In this document: one piece after another, positions 1 through 9,532 of the stretch
How the letters are laid out: every line of letters starts with the position of its first letter
Numbering within the stretch: position 1 is the stretch's first letter
Assembly: GCA_963677765.1 (NCBI GenBank)
Contig: OY782392.1
Coordinates: forward strand, 60,001-92,000
Direction: 5' to 3'
Origin: Candidatus Saccharimonadota bacterium
GTDB taxonomy: Bacteria > Patescibacteriota > Gracilibacteria > BD1-5 > UBA6164
DNA: 32,000 nucleotides
Position numbers and translations under genes: made by a program
Notes under the pieces: generated by a model
Database searches by the model: none
Told to the model about the DNA's origin: nothing
Seen by the model: the letters and a program-made list of their open reading frames with translations, nothing else

Positions 1-363
1 ATCCATAGAAGCTTTAGTAGCATTTTTTATATCCCCAATTGTTTTCCATCAAACTATTCAAAATCATGCTATAACAACAGTAAGTAGAACAAAGAAAAAA
101 TTAACAGTGTTAGCTGAGTATGATAAAGCTTTATCAATTGCTGAAATTTCTCTAGATTGAATATCTTGATATATTTCTCTTTTTAATGTCTCTTGATCAA
201 TTCTTAATTCTTTTAATTCAGTTAATATAAACCTTTGAGTCCAATCTATTTCTTCTGGAACTAAAACTTCAGTATCAGAAGAATCAAATCCATTTATATC
301 AGCTGAAAAACAAAAAGAAAAAGAAAGAAAAAAAGCAATCAAAACAAAAAGTATTTTTTTCAT
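1..363 (-). CDS. Hypothetical secreted/membrane-anchored protein (3' end runs off the window)
   Basis: ATG at 363-361. Signal-peptide-like N-terminus MKKILFVLIAFFLSFSFCFSA. The 'stop' of the supplied ORF (TGA, 66-64) reads as Gly, and the frame stays open to position 1 (...LLTVVIAGFGIVGWKTIGDIKNATKASMD). Confidence 0.6.
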
Positions 364-376
364 ATATTTTTAAAAT

Positions 377-961
377 TTATTTAATATTAGTTTTATTATT
401 AGAATGTCATGTATAATAATCAACTATAGGGTTGCAAAAATTATAAAATCAATCTAATAATTTATAGTTAGGTTCATTTGTATTTTCTAAATAATTTTTT
501 TTGAATTCATCTGGTTTCTTATCAAGAATTCACATTATTAAATCATGATATTTTTTTGGAATTATATAACTATCATCAGACTCATAACAAACATCTTCAT
601 TTTTTAATTTAATATAAGCTGTAAAATAACTATATCAATCTTGTTTTTGTTTTATATTATCTGTAACATCTATCATTTCATAAGCAAGTTCCCTTTTTGA
701 AATCATTTCAAACTCTTCATCACTTACTACTAATCAGTAACCATTAACAAAACAGTTATTACATTTTTTTATATCTAGAAAAACACCATTATAACATGTT
801 TTTTTATCCTCAAAAGTTATTTCAATCGTAGGAGTCCAAACTCTTTTATATCATTGTAATTCTAAATATATCATATCTTCTTCTGATATTTCTCTATTTA
901 AAGTAGAGTTCCAACCAGATGCAGATAATAAAGATCAGTATCAAAATATTACTTTTTTCAT
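377..961 (-). CDS. Gamma-glutamylcyclotransferase / ChaC-AIG2-like family protein (194 aa)
   Basis: Code-25 translation MKKVIFGYGSLLSASGWNSTLNR... carries the N-terminal [VI]FGYGSL motif of the GGCT/ChaC fold and a later RELAYE segment. ATG at 961, TAA at 379-377, length divisible by 3. Contains several in-frame TGA codons. Confidence 0.65.
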
Positions 962-1165
962 TATAAATTATTACTCAAAAAAATAAAACATAAAAACACT
1001 TATTAGTTTTTGATTTGAAACCATAAAACTATAAGTGTGTTGCTCAAAAATACAAGAACAATATATCTATTAAGAATAAAAAAACAAAAGTTTTTATAAA
1101 ATTTAAATTTTGTTTTTTTTATAATATATTTAAAATATAAATATTAAGATGTTATCTATCTAAAT

Positions 1166-2215
1166 ATGGAAGAAATAAAATTTAGAGATAAATTAGAAAG
1201 ACAAAGATTTGATAATTTATACAATGAGAAATGACATCTTTTGACAAAAGACTTAGAACTATTAATAAAAAATGTTATAGTTATTTTTAAGAGGCATTCA
1301 AATGATGAGTCATACTTAACATTAGCACTAATATATTGAATGCTATACTTTTGAATTATAGATAAAAACCATAATATTATAAAAAAATCAGATTCAGAAA
1401 AAATAAAACTTATTAAATTAAGTTTTAAATATGAAATGGAATGAGATTATAAAAAATTTTTGGATGTAGTATTAGAAATGGAAAAAGATTTATTTCTTTT
1501 CAAAACTGTTATTAAATATTCTATTTTGTCTTTTGAAAAGAAATTTATAAAAATAGCTTCAAATCAAGAAAATTATTATAAATCAATATGATATGTATTA
1601 CCATACCTTACATATATTGAATCACCTTTCCTTGGTTTTTTCCAAGATATATATTTTAAGAAGGTTTATCCTAAAAAATATGAAAAAATAAGAAAATTCT
1701 ATAGAGAAAGAGTTGATAGAATAGAATTTCCTTGAGAGCATATGTTTACAATGGTAAATAATCTTACAAATATAATGATGCAATCAGAATCATTTTGAAA
1801 TATTAAAGTAAGAAGAAAAACATATTTTAGTATATATAATAAACGTATAAGAAAAAAAGGTAATACAAGTATGGATAATATAGGTATAAGAGTAATTTTT
1901 CCTGATAAAGAAAATTTAGAAAAATTTGTTAAATTATTTGAAGAAAAATATGTTTTTATAGAAAAAAAAGACTATATAGAAAAACCTAAAGAAAACTGAT
2001 ATAAAAGCATACACTTCAAATACATAAGTCCGTATAGAGATTCTCAAGTATTAGTTGAGTTACAATTAAGAACACTAAAAATGGATAAAGAAATTCATTC
2101 AACTGATATAATAAGCCATTTTAGCTATACTTTAAACCAAAATAAATGGTCTAAAAATTTCAAAGAAATACAACAATGATATATCTATACATCAAAAATA
2201 TTAGAGATTAAATAA
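1166..2215 (+). CDS. RelA/SpoT-homolog (RSH) protein: degenerate HD-like N-terminal half plus intact (p)ppGpp-synthetase domain, no TGS/ACT C-terminal region (349 aa)
   Basis: All four synthetase motifs are in frame: RRKTYFSIYNKRIRK (RxKxxxSxxxK), DNIGIRVIF (DxxGxR[IV]), ENGYKSIHF (GYxSxH, with G encoded by TGA) and VELQLRT (ExQxRT). The segment FQDIYFKKVYPKKYEKIRKFYRERVDR resembles the HD-SYNTH linker of long RSHs. ATG 1166, TAA 2213-2215. Confidence 0.8.
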
Positions 2216-2227
2216 TTATTAGAAAAA

Positions 2228-3949
2228 GTGAAACATTTAAAGGTAAAAATAAAAAATTTAGAGTTTGATTGAGAAACTATATTAAAGGATATAGATTTTA
2301 CACTAAATAAAACAGATAGAGTTTCTATTGTATGATCTAATTGAGCATGAAAAACTACACTATTAAAATTATTAACATGAGAAATAAAATGATATGATTG
2401 AAGTATAGATAATGTATGAAATTTAACTTTATGATATCTAAAGCAAATACATAGTGATAATGATAATAAATTAGTTAGAGAAGAATTAAAAGAAGCATTT
2501 ACAGATATAATAGAAATGGAAAAGTCTTTATCTATCCTAGAAGAAAAAATGTGAGAAGAACCTGAAAATATTCAAATAATAGAAGACTATACATCAATGC
2601 TTGAACAGTTCAATAATATTTGATGAAATGACTTTAATAACAAAATCCACAATGTAGCAAATTGAATATGAATTTTTGAATTATTAAATAAAAAATTAAA
2701 TGAAATAAGTTGATGACAGAGAACAAAAGTTGCACTAGCAAAAGTATTATTGGAATCTCCTGATATATTATTCTTGGATGAACCAACTAACTTTATAGAT
2801 ATGTGAAGTGTTGAGTGGTTAGAAAGCTTTTTACAAAATAAATGGAAAAGTTGATATGTAATAATTTCTCATGATAGAGAATTTTTAGATAAAACATGTG
2901 ATAAAACATATGAAGTTCAACCTAAAAGATGAATAACATATTATCATACAAACTATACATGATATTTGGCAGAGAGGGATAAAATAGAAAAGAAAAAATT
3001 AGAAGATTATAAAAGAGAGCAAGAATTTATAGACAAAGAAGAAAAATTAATCAATAGATTTAGAGCTTGAAGTAGAGCTTGATGGGCAAAATCAAGAGAA
3101 AAGGCACTAGAAAAGAGAGAAGTTATTCAAGCTCCTTTTATAGCTAAAAAACCAAAATTCTTTTTTAGCTTTACTTGAGAAGTACCAGAAAAAGTTCTTA
3201 GTTTTAAGGAGTGTTTTATATGAAGAGAAGAACCTTTGTTTTATATAAATGAAGTATATTTATATAAAAAACAAAGGATAGGTATAGTTTGAGAAAATTG
3301 AGTTTGAAAATCTACATTTTTAAAAACTATTATATGACAATTAGAAATTCTTGATTGATTTTATAGTAAAGGAAAATGAGTTAAGTTTTGATATTATTCA
3401 CAATTACATGAGGAATTAGATTTTAATCTAACAATAAGACAAAATTTTGAAAAAGCATGAATTAATTACCCTGAACAAAATCTTATTTGATTACTAAGTC
3501 ATTATCTTTTTGAAAGAGAAGATTTAGATAAAAAAGTTAGTGATTTATCTTGATGACAAACATCTAAACTACTATTTGCTATATTATGACAGAAAGAATA
3601 CAACTTACTAATACTTGATGAACCAACTAATCACCTAGATTATGATACTAGAGAAAGCTTAGAACAATCATTAAAAGAATTTAACTGAGCAATTCTTTTT
3701 ATATCTCATGATAGATATTTTGTAAATAAACTAGCTACAAATATATGGTTTATAGATAATAATGAATTATCTGTATCTTACTGAAACTATGAAGATTATA
3801 AATTCAAACAAGAACACAATATAGATATGGATATGAGTTTATTTGATGAAGAAGCACAATTAAATCTTGTATTAGAAGAAAAATTATGAGAAAAACAATT
3901 CAAAAGACTAAAAGATAAATTTAGCTGAAGAAAGCATAGAAGGAAATAA
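2228..3949 (+). CDS. ABC-F family ATPase (two ABC cassettes, no TM domain; Uup/YheS/EttA-like translation factor class), 573 aa
   Basis: Two Walker A motifs, GSNGAGKTTLL (2331-) and GENGVGKSTFL, in which most or all Gly are TGA. Two LSGGQ signatures, two Walker B motifs (ILFLDEPTN, LLILDEPTN) and a K/E-rich inter-cassette linker. GTG 2228 is the first plausible start after the in-frame TAA at 2213-2215. TAA 3947-3949. Confidence 0.9.
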
Positions 3950-4017
3950 AAAAGCCTTGAAAAAAAATTTTTTTATATAAAATAAGTAAGTTATTTAAAT
4001 ATTTAACAATAAAAAAT

Positions 4018-4548
4018 ATGAATTTATACCATGATATACCATTAGGTAATGAAGATTTTTCTGAAATTAATGCAGTTGTAGAAATACCAAAATGAAGTAA
4101 AGTAAAATATGAATTTGATTATAAAACAGGTGCTGTATGGGTAGATAGAGTTGGAAAAACTCCTATTGATTATACTTTTAATTATTGAGATTTACCTCAA
4201 ACATGGAATGAATGAGATAATGATCCATTAGATGTAATTATCTTATGTACTCAACCATTACATCCAGGAACTGTAGTTCCACTAAGAGTTGTTGGTGGAT
4301 TAAAAATGATAGATTCATGAGAAGATGATTACAAAGTATTAGCTGTTGCTGATGATAAATACTATTCTGATGTTAATGATATAGAAGATGTTAACAAAAA
4401 AGAATTAGAAGATATAGAATATTATATGTTACACTATAAAGATTTACATGGTAAAAAAGTAGAACTTAATGGTTGGGATAATAAATCAACTGCTCAAGAA
4501 ATATTAAAAAAATGTAATGAAGATTACAAGAAAAAATTCAATAAATAA
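4018..4548 (+). CDS. ppa: Inorganic pyrophosphatase (family I), 176 aa
   Basis: Translation ...VVEIPKGSKVKYEFD...DGDPLDV-like (NEGDNDPLDVIIL)...VVGGLKMIDSGEDDYKVLAV is the classical soluble PPase signature. ATG 4018, TAA 4546-4548. Confidence 0.92.
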
Positions 4549-4560
4549 TATTTAAAAAAT

Positions 4561-4590
4561 AGATATAATGTTACATTATATCTATTTTTT
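4561..4590 (+). terminator. Rho-independent terminator after ppa
   Basis: Perfect 10-bp stem agatataatg / cattatatct (4561-4570 / 4574-4583) with a 3-nt loop, followed by aTTTTTT. Confidence 0.8.
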
Positions 4591-4730
4591 AAATAAAAAA
4601 CTTGCTATATATCAAATATAAATATAATTAAATTTGTAAAACTAAATTTTTTCATTTGTGTTCAATAGTTATCAGAATAATCATGGCCATTTGTGAATAA
4701 TTTATTTTACGGTTTTTATTTAATTAGTAC

Positions 4731-4994
4731 ATGTATATGGAAACTAAAAAATTATTCATTGGAGGTTTATCTTGGGGGTTAGATTGGCAAGAAATCAAAG
4801 ACGTATTTAAAGAATACGGAGAAGTTGTTTTCGTTAAAGTTATCAAAGATAGAGAAACTGGAAAATCTAAAGGTTTTGGTTTTGTTGAATTTGAAAACTT
4901 AGAAGATGCTGTTAAAGCTAAAGAAGCTATGGACGGTGCTGAAGTTGATGGTAGAACAATTAAAGTTGATTTTGCTGTTGAGAAAGAAGCATAG
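4731..4994 (+). CDS. RRM-type (RNP-1/RNP-2) single-domain RNA-binding protein, 87 aa
   Basis: RNP-2 LFIGGL and RNP-1 KGFGFVEF are both present. Intact ORF even under the standard code; TAG stop 4992-4994. The start may be ATG 4731 or ATG 4737. All 9 Gly are GGN and there is no TGA. Confidence 0.9.
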   Translation: MYMETKKLFIGGLSWGLDWQEIKDVFKEYGEVVFVKVIKDRETGKSKGFGFVEFENLEDAVKAKEAMDGAEVDGRTIKVDFAVEKEA

Positions 4995-5004
4995 TTTTTT
5001 CAAA

Positions 5005-5039
5005 ATAAGAAGAAGTAATTTACTTCTTCTTATTTTTTG
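5005..5039 (+). terminator. Rho-independent terminator after the RRM gene
   Basis: 13-bp stem ataagaagaagta / tacttcttcttat with loop att, then TTTTTGT. Confidence 0.8.
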
Positions 5040-5100
5040 TTTGAAAAATATATAATTTTAGTTATAATACAAAAAATTTAAAGTTAAGTAATTATATATT

Positions 5101-5421
5101 ATGACTGATAATCAAAAAAACTTCTGTCCATTTCTAGATTTTATGTGATTTTTATCAAAAAAATGGATTTTAATAATAATAAAATCCATAAGTGATTGAT
5201 GTAAATCATACTCAGATATAGAAAAAAATCTTGTATGAGTAAATCCAAGAATATTATCAAATAGATTAAAAGAATTACAAGAACAATGATTTGTAGAGAA
5301 AAAAACTATATCTAAAACTCCTCATAAAGCAATATATTGTTTAACAAAAAAATGAGAATCTCTTTCTTGTCATATACAATCAATTAGTGATTGGGCAAAA
5401 GAAAATATGCCAAAAAAATAG
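5101..5421 (+). CDS. HxlR-family (winged-helix, DUF24) transcriptional regulator, 106 aa
   Basis: Translation MTDNQKNFCPFLDFMGFLSKKWILIIIKSI...NPRILSNRLKELQEQGFVEKK matches the HxlR pattern (CP-x-G-x-KW...L..RL..L...G.v.R). ATG 5101, TAG 5419-5421. Confidence 0.8.
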
Positions 5422-5448
5422 ACTAGTAAATTTACTAGTCTATTTTTT
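5412..5448. terminator. Bidirectional terminator shared by the convergent HxlR gene and the small membrane protein gene
   Basis: Perfect palindrome atagactagtaaa/tttactagtctat (5418-5443), flanked by an A-run on the left and a T-run on the right. It overlaps both stop codons. Confidence 0.75.
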
Positions 5449-5638
5449 AATCATCACCACTTACTCAAAGTTCATCTAAATCATAATCATTTAAAAACAA
5501 TATAAGAACTCACAATCAAATACTTAATAAATTTGATAATACAAAATAATTTGGTAGCAAATAATGATCTAAAAAATTCCAAACTCATCTCCATATCATA
5601 ATAACTGCTACAGCTAATATAAATATTTTTAAATTCAT
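5447..5638 (-). CDS. Small two-TM membrane protein, 63 aa (hypothetical)
   Basis: MNLKIFILAVAVIMIWRGVWNFLDHYLLPNYFVLSNLLSIGLGVLILFLNDYDLDELGVSGDD has two hydrophobic helices and an acidic tail. ATG 5638, TAA 5449-5447. There is no homology evidence. Confidence 0.45.
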
Positions 5639-5732
5639 AATAAATAAGTTTTTATTTTTCTTTTTGAATATCATAATAATATATAAAACAATAATATATA
5701 TTATAGCATTATAAAATTAAAAAAGTCAAAAA

Positions 5733-6971
5733 TTAGAACTTAATTTTAAAAATAGTATATTCTCATAATTTACTATCCACATTTATTTCCCATCAATATA
5801 TTTCTGATATCTTTTTTACAATTGATAATCAAATTCAATATCATTTTGTATTTCTAGATTTATCAGCTTTATAAAACCTATCCCATATATGAGATAAATC
5901 ATTATTACTAATTCATATTCAATTATCTTTTATATAAAGTTCTGATCCTTTATAATTTATATCTATTATTCATTTATTATTAGAATATTTTATAGCATTT
6001 CAAACTATATTTGATAAAAATATAAATAAATAATTTTTATTTGATTTTACAACAATATTTGATCATATATTTATATTAACCTTAATTTTTTTATCATTTA
6101 TTTCTTTTTGATAATTGGAGATTACTTCATTTATTAAATCAAGTAATTTATTACTTGATTGTGATTTAATATGACCTATATCACTAAGACTTATTAATCA
6201 ATCAATTAATCAATTAAGTTTATTAGCTTCATTTTTTATTTCTTTTATCATTGATATATCTCACTTATTTAACTCAAGCATTAGTTGAGAATTAGAATCA
6301 ATTATTGATATCGGAGTTTTTAATTCATGACCAGCATTATGAATAAAATTTTTCATATCTTTTATATTTTCTTCTACTGGTAAAAATATTTTATCAATAA
6401 ATTTTAATCATATAAAATAGATAAAAAAAGAAAAAAATAAACTTATCATAGTATAAAAAAACATATCATTTATATAATCAAAAAAACCATATCAATGTTT
6501 TTTTATTAAAACTAATTTATTTCAATTATTTAATTTTAATTTACTAAAATAATAAGAATCCTTATCATAAATTTTATTGTAATTTCATTCAGACAGAATT
6601 ATTTTTTCTAATATATTATATTTTATATTTTCTTTTATATTTGAAAATAATACATTATTATTAGAGTCCAAATAAATATAATTTAAAAGCAATTTTGGCA
6701 TATCTAGATTTTTCATTGATCAATCATCTATTTTTTTCATCATATTATGACCATCGAATCTAAAATTCCCTACTCTTAATATATCATTTAATGTAATACT
6801 TCATTTTTCTACAGAAGTTATTACATTAGAAAAAGATCTATAATCATTATTTTTAATTTGAAAATATTTAGAACTAAAAAAAACTAATCAGAATACAAAA
6901 ATAACCAAAAACACTATAACAGAAAAAGTTATAGTTAATTTAGTTTTTAATATCTTTAAATTTTTTGACAT
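5733..6971 (-). CDS. Sensor histidine kinase (two N-terminal TM segments, HisKA + HATPase_c), 412 aa
   Basis: H-box FIHNAGHELKTPISII, N-box LSNIVGNAIKYS, G1 DNGIGI, F-box WDRFYKAD and G2 GYGIGLSIVKKI all lie in one frame under code 25. ATG 6971 is 3 nt after the response-regulator stop. TAA 5735-5733. Confidence 0.9.
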
Positions 6972-6974
6972 ATA

Positions 6975-7634
6975 TTAATTAATTAAAAATCAAAATCATT
7001 TTTTTGTTTCTATAATATCTTTTCAAAGTTTTTTTCTTAAATATCAGATATAAACATCAATAGTTTTACTAAACATAAAATCTCATTCCCACTCTCACCA
7101 TACATTTTCATAGATTTGTTGTCTAGATAATGATATTCACTTATTTTGCAACAAATATTTCAATAAATTAAATTCTAAATTTGATAATTTAATCTCTTTT
7201 CAATCCTTTTTTACCTCATGTTTTTGTAAATCTAATTCTATATTATCTTTTGATAATATACTTGATTTATTTATAAGTTTTCTTCTCAATAAAGCATTTA
7301 TCCTAGCTAGTAGTTCATTATACTCAAATGGTTTTACTAAATAATCATCAGCTCATATATTAAGTCAATTAACTATATCATCATTAGTTCACATTGATGT
7401 TAACATTATTATAGAGACATCTTTTCATGAATCTCTTAAGTCTTTACATATTTCTAGTCATGAAATATTTGGTAAATTAATATCTAATATAATTGCATCA
7501 TAAAACTTTGTTTTTGCCTTGTACAATCAATCTTTTCAATCAAGAGCTACATCTACAAATATATCTTTTAGAGCAAAATACCTAACTATATTTCTTGATA
7601 GTATTTCGTTATCTTCAATTATAAGTATTCTCAT
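6975..7634 (-). CDS. OmpR/PhoB-family response regulator (REC + winged-helix), 219 aa
   Basis: MRILIIEDNEIL...AIILDINLP...IIMLTS...GADDYLVKPF is the receiver domain. LSNLEFNLLKYLLQNKG...VWGEWEG...TIDVYIGYLRKKL is the trans_reg_C domain. ATG 7634, TAA 6977-6975. Confidence 0.92.
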
Positions 7635-7692
7635 AATATTATTTTATATTTTATAATAATTATTATATACATAAATCATTATATATAAAATA

Positions 7693-7711
7693 ATTAAGAA
7701 AACATTAAGAA
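7693..7711 (-). promoter_or_regulatory. Tandem direct repeat TTCTTAAT-N3-TTCTTAAT (minus-strand sense) upstream of the RR-HK operon; putative OmpR-type operator (site A)
   Basis: ATTAAGAA occurs at 7693-7700 and 7704-7711 (11-bp register), 57 nt upstream of the RR start and just downstream of the preceding terminator. The same repeat occurs at 8306-8325 and 12312-12331. Confidence 0.55.
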
Positions 7712-7743
7712 AAAAGCTAGATTTTAGAATCTAGCTTTTTTTT
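7711..7743 (-). terminator. Rho-independent terminator after the LTXXQ protein gene
   Basis: 13-bp stem aaaaagctagatt / aatctagcttttt (7711-7723 / 7728-7740) with loop ttag, and A/T runs on both sides. Confidence 0.75.
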
Positions 7744-8218
7744 ATCTTTCCATATGTCATCTCATTTTTCCTTTACCCATTTTATTTCATTTAAAACTAT
7801 TCATTAATTCAGTTTCTTCAGTAGTTAACTCTTCACCATTTTTATATTTTTCCATAACTACTTTCATTTCTTCTCTTTTTTGCTCCATTTCTTCTTTTGC
7901 TGCTTTCATTTCAGCTCTTTTTGTAATTATTTCTTGTCTAATAACTTCTTCTTCACTTGTTAAATTATCTCAAGCTAATAATTTATCTATAACTGTTTCT
8001 CTAGTTTCTCTTTCTAGCTCTTTTTCAGTTCTAATTTCTTCAAAATAAGCTTTTTTTTCTTCTGTAGTCATAGACTCAAATTCAGATATTTGTTCATCAG
8101 TTAAATTCATTTTTCACATAAATTTCATACCTCTTTCTGAAAAGTCTGCATTTACATATGCAACACTAGATAAACCAATAGTTGCCATAGCTATAGTAGC
8201 CAATACTTTTTTGTTCAT
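7742..8218 (-). CDS. Secreted Glu/Lys-rich helical protein with LTXXQ-type motif (CpxP/Spy/ZraP-like), 158 aa
   Basis: Signal peptide MNKKVLATIAMATIGLSSVAYVNA. Mature part contains MNLTDEQISEFE (LTxxQ), later LTSEEE and LTTEET repeats, and a basic tail. ATG 8218, TAA 7744-7742. Confidence 0.6.
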
Positions 8219-8305
8219 AATAAAAAATAATTAATAAATAATATATGTATAATTAGTTAGTAATCAATGCATGCTTAATGATTACATATATATAATAATA
8301 ATTTT

Positions 8306-8325
8306 AATTAAGAAGTAATTAAGAA
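8306..8325 (-). promoter_or_regulatory. Tandem direct repeat operator (site B) upstream of the LTXXQ protein gene
   Basis: AATTAAGAA occurs at 8306-8314 and 8317-8325 (11-bp register), 87 nt upstream of ATG 8218 and 5 nt after the permease stop. The 28-nt block 8302-8329 is identical to 12308-12335. Confidence 0.55.
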
Positions 8326-8329
8326 AAAA

Positions 8330-9529
8330 TTATTCAAATCTTAATGCATCAATTGGTCTAAGTTTTGCTGCCTTATAAGCTGGTAATAATCAAAAGAATA
8401 AACCTATAAAAAGAGAAAAACAGAAACTTAATATAACAGAATTAACAGAAATAATGGAATTAATAGAAAAATAATTCAATATAAAAACTACAATATAACT
8501 AAATATAATTCATATAAATCATCATAAAATACTTAGACTTGATGCTTCTGTTAAAAATTGTAATATTATATCAATTTTTCAAGCTCAAATAGCTTTTCTT
8601 ATTCAAATTTCTTTAGTTCTTTCTGTAACTGATACTAACATTATGTTCATAACTCAGATACCTCATACAAGTAACGATATTCATGCAATTCATGCAAGTA
8701 GCATAGTTAAAGTTTCAGTAATAGAACTAAATTTTTCTAACATTTCAGCTTGATTTCTGATATTATAAGGGAGACTATTGGGATTTATAACATCTAAATA
8801 ATCTTGTAAAAAATTATCTATTTCAGTTTGAATAATATCTACATTATTAGAATCAGTAACTGAAACAATTAATTGAGAATAATATTTAGTTCACTTAATT
8901 CTAACTCATGCAGTAGTAATAGGTATAAAAACTGAAGAATCATAACTAGAGTTTTCTTCTATTACTCATATAACTAAAAAAACATTATTTCATATTTTAA
9001 ACGATTCTCAAATTGGATTATTTCAACCAAATAACTCATTTACTACATCTTGTCATAATATAGCAACCTTATCTAAAGAGTTAATATATTTTTCACTTAT
9101 ATTGTTTCAAAAAATAATTTCAATATTTCTTATATTTAGGAAATTATTATCAATTCAATATATTGTAGAGCTCATATCATTAGCTCAATAAACTAACTGT
9201 CAATTTGTAGATATGATAGGTAATATTCAATCAACTCATGAAATATTATTTTTCATTTCAGTTAATAAATTATCATCAAAAATATCAGTAGACTGAGTTC
9301 TATCTCTCGATGATCAAAACCCTCATCATGGAGAAATAGTCAAAATATTAGTTCACATTTCTTCAATTTGATCAACTATAGACTGACTACTTCAATTTCA
9401 AATTGCAGTTAATATAATTACAGAAGAAACTCATATAATAATTCATAGCATACTTAGACTAGATCTTAATTTATTTGCCCTTATTGAAATAAATGAATTT
9501 ATTATATTTTCTATTATTGTGTAAATCAT
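8330..9529 (-). CDS. ABC transporter permease, MacB/FtsX-type (MacB_PCD + FtsX domain), 399 aa
   Basis: N-terminus ...IRANKLRSSLSMLGIIIGVSSVI, a large extracytoplasmic domain, then C-terminal [28 protein letters not shown]...LLPAYKAAKLRPIDALRFE, which is canonical MacB/FtsX. ATG 9529, TAA 8332-8330. Confidence 0.9.
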
Positions 9530-9532
9530 TTT

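Noticed and set aside
5773-5781. CTATCCACA, an 8/9 match to the DnaA box TTATCCACA.
   Set aside because: It is a single copy inside the 3' end of the histidine kinase coding sequence, and a match of this quality is not surprising by chance.
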